A DNA stretch of 61,271 nt, counting the filler, from Sphacelaria rigidula (lineage: Eukaryota): NCBI GenBank assembly GCA_964200075.2. It is 6 parts of 6 records of this genome, joined end to end, with 100 filler letters (N's around TTAATTAATTAA, not from the genome) between each part and the next. Parts side by side here need not be neighbours in the genome. Positions count along the whole stretch, not along the records: positions 51,144 to 61,271 come from CAXNAA020007078.1; 5 more parts are not named here. One strand, given 5' to 3'. The notes under the pieces were generated by a model. The model was not told where the DNA came from. It did not search any database and saw only the letters and a program-made list of their open reading frames with translations. Every line of letters begins with the position of its first letter. Position 1 is the first letter of the stretch. Shown in pieces: positions 51,044 to 61,271 of the stretch. The translations under genes were made by a program, and so were the position numbers.

Positions 51044-51143
51044 NNNNNNNNNNNNNNNNNNNNNNNNNNNNNNNNNNNNNNNNNNNNTTAATTAATTAAN
51101 NNNNNNNNNNNNNNNNNNNNNNNNNNNNNNNNNNNNNNNNNNN
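51044..51143. other. Artificial contig linker
   Basis: N44-TTAATTAATTAA-N44. Confidence 0.98.
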
Positions 51144-51937
51144 AAGTTTAATCTTTGTAAAAATACACGGAGTGTCAACTGAGCGCAGGCCCCCCCCCCC
51201 CCCCCGAAAGGTTTTCCTCTGCCAGGGCTTCAGGTAGGAGGCAGTACAAGAGGCAAAGCGACTCAGCTATCTGGATATAGTACCATCAGGCGGAAAAATC
51301 TCAGTCGCCAATGCTGTAAGACGGAAACATGAAGCATGATTTCGGGAAGATATTGAAAAAAATTAGAAACTGGCGTGTGTCACCTGTGCGTGGTGTAGCA
51401 CCCCCCCCCCTCCCCCCCCCAATAAAAAAAACTACACCTCCCCCGAGTTATGAGGTTTTGCTTTTTTTTTGGTTCCACGGGTCCCATTACATTATGGCGA
51501 GCATCAAGAGCGTACAAAAGGTGGCGTAGGGGGCTCAAAACGGAAACGACCTAGACCGTACCGTAGGCGAGCAGAGTATATGTACCGGGATACGGTGCTG
51601 CGCGCATCGTTCACCCTCGTTCAACAATTTGTCAGTTCGACGGGTACTGGGACGTACACCCCTTAACCACGTGAACAACACCCCATTTCGGCGTGTACTA
51701 CTGTGGCGCACACCCCTCCATCTCTCGAACGAAACATTTTATCTTCGGAGGCGAAGTCAGCCTGCCGCAGGCACGGATGCTCGTTTCAACCCTATATCAT
51801 ATATATCGTACCAGTACCTACAGACCGTACTGTCCCGGGATACATCGTGTACTTCGAAGTATGTACCAATCCTCCTCCAAGTAACACCTCTGGGTTCGCG
51901 TCTTCGCCCCCAGAATTTCATCGCCCCGTACCGGACA

Positions 51938-52054
51938 CTCTTTCTTTGTCGCCTCATCCCTCGACCCAAGTTTACACAAGTCTATCCAACTACACCACCT
52001 GCAGAGGACACGTCGTCAATAAGACACTGTACCATCTCTACGAGATATCGAACA
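51938..52054 (+). repeat. 5' LTR (only the alignable 3' part; true start unresolved)
   Basis: Ends ..CGAGATATCGAACA and aligns with the 3' LTR at about 85% identity by manual count (17 mismatches in 113 nt). Confidence 0.75.
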
Positions 52055-52099
52055 CGCTATAGCGTCGTGCCGTCTCGTGGAGTGCTATGGCCGAAGACA

Positions 52100-53766
52100 G
52101 CACTCGTGCGGGAATGAGTATCCTGGAGACCCAGATGGTTGAGCTCATGCAAGAGCTCAAGGCGTCAGAAGAGCGACGAGAGAGAAACGATGCTCGACTC
52201 CGCGAATTGTTGAGTGCTCGTAAAGACGCCTAGCGCCGCGGGCAAGAGGCGCCTGCTGGTGCAGAGGAGATTGAGGCAGGCAGCGCAGCCGCCGCCAGCA
52301 GTCGGTTGGAGACCGTTGCTGGACAAGGAGGAGTCCCACACAGTCGTGCCCTTCCTGCTTCTGACGTGGAATTTGTAAGAAGAGGTGGACTATTAAATGA
52401 CAGTAGTAATCATGTAGCTGGTGAGTCGGGGAATTGAGGTGTTCATGACTTCACGATGTCGCCGCGTGTTGTATGCCATGTGGAGTCAGGGGTTCTAAAA
52501 TTTGACGGCTCCGATCGTTCTTTCTCCCTCTTGAAATTTAGGTTCGAGGAGTTCACAAGGCAGGTCGGCTGTTTATCTGTCGTTCAAGGCGCAAGCAATG
52601 ACATAAAGGTGAAGGACTCCCAATTTCAATGGTCATTTTCTCGTCATCACGTTAGGTATTCCTCTATCGGAAGTCAAAATGAACATTTTGGCGTGGACGT
52701 GTTCGGTTGAGATTGTCTCGAAGGCCGACATCCTGAAAAAGATCTTTCGACCGAAATCCCCTGGTGCTGGTTGGAAGTTCCTTGTGGACCGGTACTTGCC
52801 CAAGTCGATCAGTGTGACAGAGGAATGGGCGAAGAAATCTGAGAACATTACCATGCACAAGGGCGAAGAGTCAATGAGGTACTTCGCCCGGGTAGATGAA
52901 ATTTCTTGCGTTTTGGACTCTTTCGGAGTATTGAAGTCTGGAAATGAGACTGTCCGCAAAATTGTGAGAGGCCTGTCTGACGATTACTCTTTAAAACGTA
53001 GAAAGTATACCGCCAGCGCGTGGAAAGCATCATAAGGCAGAGGCACCTTTAACTCCCAAAAACAAAGAAGGCCGGTCTGGCTTTATTTGCTAGTGGTACG
53101 TCTCATGTGAACGACGGCAGTAGTAGAAGAGATAAACTTCGGGGTGGTCAAGCTCGTGGAATGGAGGGAGGAACTCGTGGCGGTGGCCGTGGTGGCAGCG
53201 GCCGAGGCACCGCTACTGATAGTGACAACAACAATAGCAGCAGTGCTGGCGGCAATAACAGGAGTAGCGGTCGCCCGTCCACTTCTTTTTCAACTCCAAG
53301 AAAAGAACTCCAAGGAAAATGCACGAGGTGCAAGGTGCCCGGGCATTACTGGGCGGACTGTCGTGCGCGTGTTATCCCATCCCAGGGTCAGATGCCTTCT
53401 ACTACAGATGGCAATGGTGGGAGGGTTTATTGCGTCGCTCCTGGTCTGCTCGGTGACTCTAGTGCCGAGGCTAGTCGAGAGTTCCGATCTGAAAGCTGTG
53501 AGTTGGAGAAATGGCGTGGGGATAGTGCTGCAACCTGTCACATGACTGGTTCAAATGAACTGACAATATGTGGTACTCATGCATCCAATCATAACGTTAG
53601 GATTCGAAATGCGGTCTTCATTGATGTTGAGTGCGTCGGTACGGTAACTATTGTTTTCGCGAGTGAAACAGGAGATGTGACACTGAGGCTTGAAGATGTT
53701 GCTCATGTACCAGAGTTGAAGTGCAATTCGTTCTCTTTGGTTGCTGCTCACCAGAACAAGTTGTAA
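52100..53766 (+). pseudogene. gag: copia Gag and aspartic protease, disrupted
   Basis: ITMHKGEESMRYFARVDEI (Gag core), CTRCKVPGHYWADC zinc knuckle, WRGDSAATCHMT protease motif, LEDVAHVPELKCN. Confidence 0.85.
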
Positions 53767-53989
53767 TTCAAGCCAGAGGAAGATGAGGTCACCCTCAGTT
53801 TTCTCGATGACAGACTCAAGTTTCCGTTTAATGGTGTATCCCATTGTGAGCTTGGCTACCGGATAGACCGCAATGACATCATTTTCCCCCTCAGAAGTTT
53901 TGCCCATGATGGAAGTACAGGTGAAGCATTTACCGCTGTCCTAGTTCTGGCCCCCGGTATTTCCGTATCGCCCACGCGTATTGATGTTA

Positions 53990-54900
53990 ATGATTTTCAT
54001 TGTCTGTATGGGCATTCAAACGAGTTTGTTTTGAACGAGACGGCAAAAGCACTTGGTGTCGAATTATGTGGAGAGCTGAAACCTCGTACTGACTGTTTTA
54101 TGGCAAAATACTATCGTAAACCAATAGGTAGAAGAACAAATACTCGGGAGGATATTAAATTAGGGAGAGTGGTCGCAGACCTAAGCGGGCCTAAACCAAT
54201 GCCCTCTCTGACAGGAAAGCGGTATGTTACAATTGTCAAGGATGATTGTTCGCGTTACACATGGCTGTCCTTTCTCGCTCAAAAATATGACTCCAAGAAA
54301 CAGTTCGAAAAGTTCTTGGCTGATGTGCGTGATGATGGTATTCCCTCTACGGTGGAAAATGCGCGGTCGGATAATGGTGGAGAATTTATGGTGGTGAGTT
54401 TTCTAGCGTCTGCAGGCAGTCAGTTGTGCACTAAGCAAGAACTCACTAATGCTGAAAGTCTCGAATTCAGCGGAGTTGCGGAGCGTGGTCTAGGCATTAT
54501 TGAAAAAGCAGCCCTTGCAGCTAGCATTCAAGCCCCAATTTCCTTCCCGCGCATTCGATTTCCACCAACGGAGCCACTATGGGCGGAGACGATGCACTGG
54601 GCTTGCCACACCCTTAGCCATACTGCTACGGTCGCAAACCCGCAGCAAAAATCGCCGTATGCGATGTGGCACGGGACAGTGAAGCTGGTGACACCGCATC
54701 CTTTTCTGCGACCTGGATACTGCTGGTGGAATCGCCCATCTAAGTCGTTCCCCCGGGCCGAAAGCGGTTTCTATGTCGGGCCGGGAACCGACCACCTGCG
54801 TGACTCTCTGCGCATGTTGACGCGAGCGAACCATGTTATACAGACGAGAAAGATTCGCCTGGAAGGCGCCGCCGAGGCAGGAGGTAGCACCACCTGCGAC
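53990..54900 (+). pseudogene. pol: copia integrase
   Basis: HCLYGH pre-integrase motif, VADLSGP, KDDCSRYTW, RSDNGGEF, GVAERG, LWAETMHWAC. Confidence 0.9.
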
Positions 54901-55429
54901 CCCTGCACGCGAAACGCCGGAAATTGTTGGCGACGAGGAATGGACTCAGGGAGAGTCCAACTTCACGTCACCGTCGCGTTTATCTTTCATTGGGAGAGGA
55001 ATTACTCCCCACCGCCGTACAGCTCCGGAGACTCGAGCAACGGAATCAGAAGATGAAAGAGCTCTTCAACCCCTGCCGACAAGTCAGACCTCAACGTGTC
55101 TTCGCCATTGCTGGATGTTGGCTCAATGCGGAGCACAACATCGTCTGAGGAAGAAAGCGAGACATCGTCTTCCAAAGACAGCGCCCCAACACCTACAGCG
55201 GCAAGAGTAGTAACCCGTCAACTCGGCTTACACATACCCGATCCACGTGATGGTGATGAGATTCGGGAGGGTAGAACCCGAGCCCAGGCAGGGCTCCTTC
55301 GACAACGAAATACCGACGGTTTGATCGCCATGCTGGGGCTCAATGAAGGGGGTCAGGTGGTTCATACCCTGGTGGCGGGACAGGTGGGGAAATCGAACGG
55401 GCTCCCGACGAGCTCGATGAAGGAGGTGA

Positions 55430-56980
55430 TTCCAGAGCCGACGTCCTATACTGCAGCATTCATATTTCAATATTCTGAAGTTTGGAAAAAGTCGATGGAG
55501 GCAGAGTTTGCTGACTTGGTAGCAGCAGGAACTTTCAGTGTAGTTTCAGGAGTACCGAATGATTGCAATATAGATAGTAGAATCTTGGTGAGTTTGCAAG
55601 TGGAAAGGTAATGCTCATGGAGGAATCGAGAGAGCTAAGTCGCGATTAGTAGGCAAGGGGTACAGTCAGATAGAAGGTGTGGATTAGTTTCAGACTTACG
55701 CTCCCACTGCATCGTCTGCTGCAATCAGACTGATGGTCAATCTTGCGTGTACGCTTGACCGGGATATAGGGCATTTTGATGTGGAACAAGCTTTCGTTCA
55801 GTCAGCTTTGGACGCTGAAGTTTATGTGCGTCTTTCCCCCGGTTGTGGTTCAATTACAGGTCAAGCTGTTAGACTAAACAAATCGGTCTATGGTTTAAAA
55901 CAAGCTAGCCGAACGTGGTGCGAAATACTACCATCAACCCTCAAAAACATCGGATTTGAGCACAGTCTGGTTGACCCATGTGTGCTACGACTTACCGTAG
56001 GTGGTGAAATGGTAACAACGGTGGTGATTCATGTAGATGGCACTCAGATTTCAGCATCACAGGATGCGGCAGAGATTGTGATTGGTGCTTCTAATGATTC
56101 GTTCCCAAACAAGGATCTTGGCGAGCTCTCGTGGTATATGACCAGTGAATACAGGAGAGACAGAGAGCAAGGTATTTTGGAAATTTCACGGACTCAATTT
56201 ACCCGCAGTGTTCTTGACCGTTTCAACGTGACGAAAAACAGTCTATCCCTGCTTCTCCATCATTGAACCTCAGGCGCTTGAGTGATGGCGGTGCTGCGGT
56301 AAATGTGCCATTCCGTGAGGTGGTGGGAAGCTTGATGTGGATTGCTACCCAGACGAGGCCCGACACCGCAAACACTGTTAGGACAGTGGCGCACTTTTTA
56401 CATGATCCTAACGAAGTACACTGGGAAGCAGCTTGTAAGATTTTAGACTACCTTCATTCCACAGCACATCGAGGACTCACGTACCATAAGGAGGGCACCG
56501 CAAGCATAGAAATTATTATCGGTTTAGATGCTTACGTAATTGTGGACTTTGCCCGAAAATGTGAATGACAGACGTTTCGTACCGGGTGCAGCCATTTTTT
56601 GTGGTAGCCCCTTCAAGGACATAGAAGAGTGTTACGTTGTCTACTGCCGAAGCAGAGTACGTAGCCATGACAGAGGGAGTTAAGGAGGCCATGTATGTTA
56701 GAGGTATTTTGACTCCTTGAGACCACAGGCAAGTTGCCCAAACATTGCAGTGCATGAGGATAACAAGGGAGCAAAGGCATTGGCAGAGAATCCCCCAAGC
56801 TCGTCCAATAGTAAATATATCGATGTACGCTATTCTTTGTTTCGTGAATTAGTGAGCAGTGGATATCACTGCAGATTACATTGCGGGTAAGGGGTAGTGT
56901 GCAGACAGTCTCACGAAAGTGTTGCGGTGGATAGGACAAGCTTCGAGATGCATCGTGATTTCCTTCTTGGTCTGAGGAAG
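55430..56980 (+). pseudogene. pol: copia reverse transcriptase and RNase H, disrupted
   Basis: EPTSY..WKKSMEAE, RAKSRLVGKGYSQIEGVD-stop, HFDVEQAF, RLNKSVYGLKQASRTW, IHVDG (degenerate YVDD), FREVVGSLMWIATQTRPD, TLSTAEAEYVAM, EDNKGA, KYIDVRY. Confidence 0.9.
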
Positions 56981-57192
56981 TGACTGAGTCTGACTGACTG
57001 TGTGTGATCTTGAGCTATTTTATTTTCCCATCATATCAATACTGTGGTATCGTGGAGACATACGGGGTTTTCATCCCGTAAAATGGGTTTTACCGTATTG
57101 TTACTGAGAAATTGCGCTTGATTTGCCATTAACTTTTTTATAGCAATGTTGAAGGATCAATGGCTTGTTGGAAATAAAAGAGCCAGGGAGAG

Positions 57193-57376
57193 TGTTCGTT
57201 TGACTTGTTATATAATCCGTTTTGTCTGCGTTGAGGACTGGCGATGTATTCTCCAGACACCCCTTCTTTATCGCCTCATCCCTCGACCTAAGTTAATACA
57301 ACTCTATCCAACTATACGACCTGCAGAGGACACATCGTCAACGAAGTATTGTACCATCTACACGAGATATCGAATA
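57193..57376 (+). repeat. 3' LTR
   Basis: Begins TGTTCG directly after the purine tract and ends CGAATA (mutated CGAACA). Confidence 0.8.
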
Positions 57377-58781
57377 CCGCATCCCCCGGCCCCGAGGTAC
57401 TTGGCAGAATATTCAGATGGAAGAACTGACGCACTCACATGATACGGACCAATGGCATCGCACATGCGCCCATGGCATTGTAGTGACCGGATTTTGATGA
57501 TAATGCTGGGTATCTACAACAACAGTACGCTTACGCTGGCAGGATCTCACCATACGCTATGCGCCAAATACCGTACCTGCTTAATTGGCTTCTACAGTAC
57601 CATGCGCCGACTGCGTTGGAATGACCAACATGTTCGCGAGATTTCAGGCTGTCTAGTGCATGTACCGGTAGGAACTCGATCCTAAGTATTGGCTGCGTAC
57701 AAGATGTGTAGCTTGTGTTCGGTGGGTAAGGGCGATTTGCGGCCTTGTCCATTCACTTCCTGCTAGGTCGAACCCTCTATAGTGCATGTAAATATGTACA
57801 TGAGTTTCGCGCCCTGTACAACATGCATTGGTGCTCACTACAACAGCTCGATCGCAACACGTTTACTTGAATCACAGTCAGACTTACCGTACCCCTTGTA
57901 ACAAAAGAATCAGGCACCAGTGAACAGATAGTCGGCTGTTAACTACAAATATTATACTGGCAGCACTCGACAGGATGAAAGTAAGTGGGGTCTACCTAAT
58001 GCGAGTGCACAGGCAGCAGTAGATTATGGGACAGTTCTCCATTCTCCCATCGTCCACAAGCAAACTACATTGAGCACGGTGATGACCTCACGAGAACGCG
58101 GCAAAACGTCGGAGCGACGTATTATAATACATGGACATTCTTATGCATAGACCCCATGACTAGGTATTTCTTGCCTCGACTACAGAGGTATGTGCATCCT
58201 AGTAGAGGCGGGGGAAACACATGTTAATGGGTGAGTGGAATCGAGACTTTCACGCCCAGAAAAGTAATCTAGCGACACTGACCTTGATGGAATGTATAGG
58301 AGTCGCGTCAAATGGGGAGCCTGTCTCCTTGAATATCGTGTGTCTCTCTCTGATCTTGATAGAGCCATTTACAGTCCTCATCGTCATACTTTCGAGGTAG
58401 ACTCACCGCTGCTGGTTAATCAGAGTCCGTCGTTGGTTATGAAAAACTACTACCCTTCGGCTGGATGTTGACGCCTCTTCCTTGAGGCTTCTGCGGCCCG
58501 CTTTACATCGTTGCATGTACACAGAGAAGACTAACGAAAAAATCCCCCCCAAAAGTGACAGTTTCAGTTCGTTTTTGTTCCTTTTCAAGATGCGGCGGAA
58601 CAACTAAGACATTGAAGCGTTTATAGACGTTTGCTTCGCTCTCGGTGCATCTACTCCGTCGGTCTACTTATTCTACCAATACCACCCGCAGGCTACCGCT
58701 GGGGAGGCTGCACTCTAATGTGACGGTGGTGTCAATTTTTATTGGATCAGATTTTACAGTACTATTGGAGTTAACGTGCAG

Positions 58782-59515
58782 AGAATGCGCGCCGTCCGTG
58801 CTGCTCAACGGACGGGTCATGATACCGTGGCCTTCAGCACAACGCCGCGGCGCAGGAGGGGTGACACGCCGATATCAATTGCATCGGCAGCTGGAACAGT
58901 CAAGGCAGCGTTAGTTCGGGCATCAAAACAACGACATCTAAGCAGAGATCCGCCGGCAGTAACAAAAAGATGGCGAGTAACAGATGTGTTAAGATCAAGT
59001 CATAGTAGGAGGTATGGAGGTGGTGTAAGAGCGCCGAAATTCCCGATGCCGTATCCTGGCACTTACCAACCGCAATACCAAGGCCGGCTGCGACCACGCG
59101 CGAAATGCCCCGGGCGCAGAGCGCCGGCGAGCAGCGCAGAGAAGAAGAGACTTATGTCTTCGAGAAGCCCCCCCCAAAAGGGAGCGGTGGCTACTTTACC
59201 TATCACAACAAATGGTAGACGTGAGATCAAGCATCGAAGCAAGGTGGCCACTGTAGGGAGCGGCGAGAAGAAGGAAAGTCGAAAGCGACCGCGCTCAGCA
59301 CATGGGGCTCTCTCGCGGGGGTTCACTCATGATCGAACTCGCTCTGAGGTCCCTTCCTTGTCTAATAATACTGTTGCAGCGCCATCTGGTGCCATTGTTG
59401 GAAAGCAGCGCGGGCACCACAAGTCATCTTCTCCTTCACGTAGACCGCACGCGCGAGATGGAAGTGCTGTGCGTCTGAAGGAGCCTGGGAGTCGCCCAAA
59501 AAAACATACAACAAG
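58782..59515 (+). CDS. Possible large exon encoding a basic, disordered protein segment of unknown function
   Basis: 734 nt open between GTGCAG and AG|GTACG. A phase-compatible terminal exon is possible from about 59772 (SGNGPEK..KTVL-stop). No recognisable domain. Confidence 0.35.
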
Positions 59516-60142
59516 GTACGAACGTGATGCGGAGTGTCATGTCATGAAATTTTGGTCGACTATATAGCTTCCGCACATAAACCTCAGCGATCCTGTACGA
59601 CGCTAACTGTGGTCATAAGAAAGACATACCCGAAACAACTAAGCGGACGTGTTTGCGCAATGAAACTCGAGAGGGAAGACTGACTAAATAAAGGAAAAAG
59701 AAACCAAACAAATTATGCTGCTGAAAGAAAATAATATACGAGAAAACTCCAGGCCAACATACACTGTACAGCAGTGGTAACGGTCCCGAGAAAACCCGGA
59801 CAGGCCCCGTCAGGTCTTCAAATGAGGAATCCGTACAAAAAACAGTACTGTGAAAGCAGATTGCGACTAACGGTCTGCGAAGTAGATTATTTGGCCAGGA
59901 GCTCTCACATGCCAGCTCTGCAGGAGCTAGATACACAAACCTTGATACAGCTCAAAGTGAGAAGTTAAAATAGGAGGATTGACCCTTTATATAGAGCCTT
60001 GGGCTCACTACAACCAAACGCGGGTTTTCCGGGTGGTCCTTAGTATGGAGAATGATGCATAATGTCAAAACCAAACACGAACTCGAAACATCGCTCGCTG
60101 TTCATGTGGCTCATACCCCACGTCGTCGATGACAGTTTGCTG

Positions 60143-60922
60143 CGGTACAGCACAGTAGAGGACAGTGGTGCGGCACGGCGCAGCACCGCACGTCACCATC
60201 AATACAGTAGTACATAGTTCTACTTGTAAACGCCAATCATTAGTGGTACCGGTCACCGATAGGCGTGACTCACAGCACAAAGTTAGGGTACCAGCGACTT
60301 GCTTGGGGGGTGATGGTCAACAACGATCGTACAGTACAGCACATAATATGTCGATCTGCGGGAAGATGTGTCAGCAGATTGCTAAATGAAATTGTCTTCA
60401 ATTTATTGTGAGGTGATTCATCATTTGCTTTAGAGTACGGTCGTAAGAGAAAGTTTCCAAGACCCTACGTTTGCACCCCCCCCCCCGTAGGCACAAATTA
60501 AAAATAAAGCGTTCAATGTTTAAACGCCAACAAGCAGCTGGGTAGCAAGAGCGCCCAAAGTACCCGACGACTGCAATACGAAGTAGTGGCAAAGTCTACC
60601 ACCCCTCCGTGCCCCCTTCAGCTACGGTTGGCAGCAGCATGATCGGGGACACAACCCGCCGGTGACTACCGCACAACAACTGGTGTGAGCGTGGATTCGA
60701 CTGGCACAGCTCTCGTCACATATACTGTACTATACTGTACACTCTATCTTGGCGTGACTCACAACCATGTTGTCAGGACATGCCGTCACTGCCCTGGCAT
60801 CGAGCCGGGAATTACACCTGTCGCGACAGGGTTAGATACAGATGGCTATAAGTATGCATGTACTCTAGTGCGCGGTGCCGCACGGTGCCGTGCTATGCTT
60901 CACTACTATAATGTGCTGTACC
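60143..60922. mobile_element. Possible old non-autonomous element with inverted termini
   Basis: CGGTACAGCACA...TGTGCTGTACCG, plus imperfect inverted GCACGGC/GCACCGC subrepeats. Confidence 0.45.
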
Positions 60923-61271
60923 GATGGAGTGCTGACTGACCAATCTCGGGTATATGCACGGACTGCATTCTTGTGAGTGTTTGCGTGGTCATTTCTGACC
61001 ATGTGCGTCACTCTCTACACTAACGACTACCCAACAGACGCGCTGATGATTCTTAGGGAGCATGGGGCCCGAAGGGTTCACAATAGTACGAGCCATATCT
61101 GTGCTTTGCTTGTGTTGACTTTTTATTACCTTTTTTTTGTCACGACTTAGTCCGCTTTGTCGTTCTGTTCGACCCCTCTTTCTTTTTCTTTTTCTCTGTT
61201 CCTGTTTTTTTTTTTCTGTTCCTTTTTTTTCTCTTTTCCTTGGAGCGTGTTTCAGTTTTGTTTTCGTTCGT

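Larger units (their letters stand above)
51938..57376 (+). mobile_element. Decayed Ty1/copia LTR retrotransposon
   Basis: Domain order is gag-PR-IN-RT-RH (copia order). A purine tract AAAAGAGCCAGGGAGAG precedes the 3' LTR. Direct repeats lie at about 51938-52054 and 57260-57376. Many stops and frameshifts. Confidence 0.95.

Noticed and set aside
42157..57376. Functional link between the RNase H gene and the copia element
   Set aside because: They lie on different contigs, separated by an artificial linker at 51044-51143.

Overview
Eukaryotic, intron- and repeat-rich DNA. Gene content, long GT-AG introns and repeat types suggest a brown alga or related stramenopile (inference). The window is NOT one locus. 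It is six contigs of 10,129, 10,129, 10,129, 10,128, 10,128 and 10,128 bp (1-10129, 10230-20358, 20459-30587, 30688-40815, 40916-51043, 51144-61271), joined by identical artificial 100-bp linkers (N44-TTAATTAATTAA-N44), so it looks like a size-sorted pseudomolecule and gene neighbourhood across linkers is meaningless. Contig 1 holds the 3' seven exons of a kanadaptin (SLC4A1AP) homolog plus nested MITE/SINE repeats. Contig 2 holds four internal exons of a cNMP-binding/Popeye-like gene. Contig 3 holds a complete 3-exon MidA/NDUFAF7-family methyltransferase and the last two exons of a small membrane protein. Contig 4 holds a decayed multi-exon unknown gene facing a fragmented Sola-like DDE transposase. 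Contig 5 holds the 3' five exons of an RNase HI-like gene that seems to carry a second, inactive RNase H-like domain. Contig 6 holds a decayed Ty1/copia element. I found no CRISPR array, rRNA or true tRNA gene, and no clear novel multi-gene system. The most unusual signals are a retroposon family whose 3' end (ATGAGTACG) always sits at C-runs with target duplications, the tandem RNase H architecture, a likely GC-AG intron, and near-perfect foldback MITEs inside or near genes.
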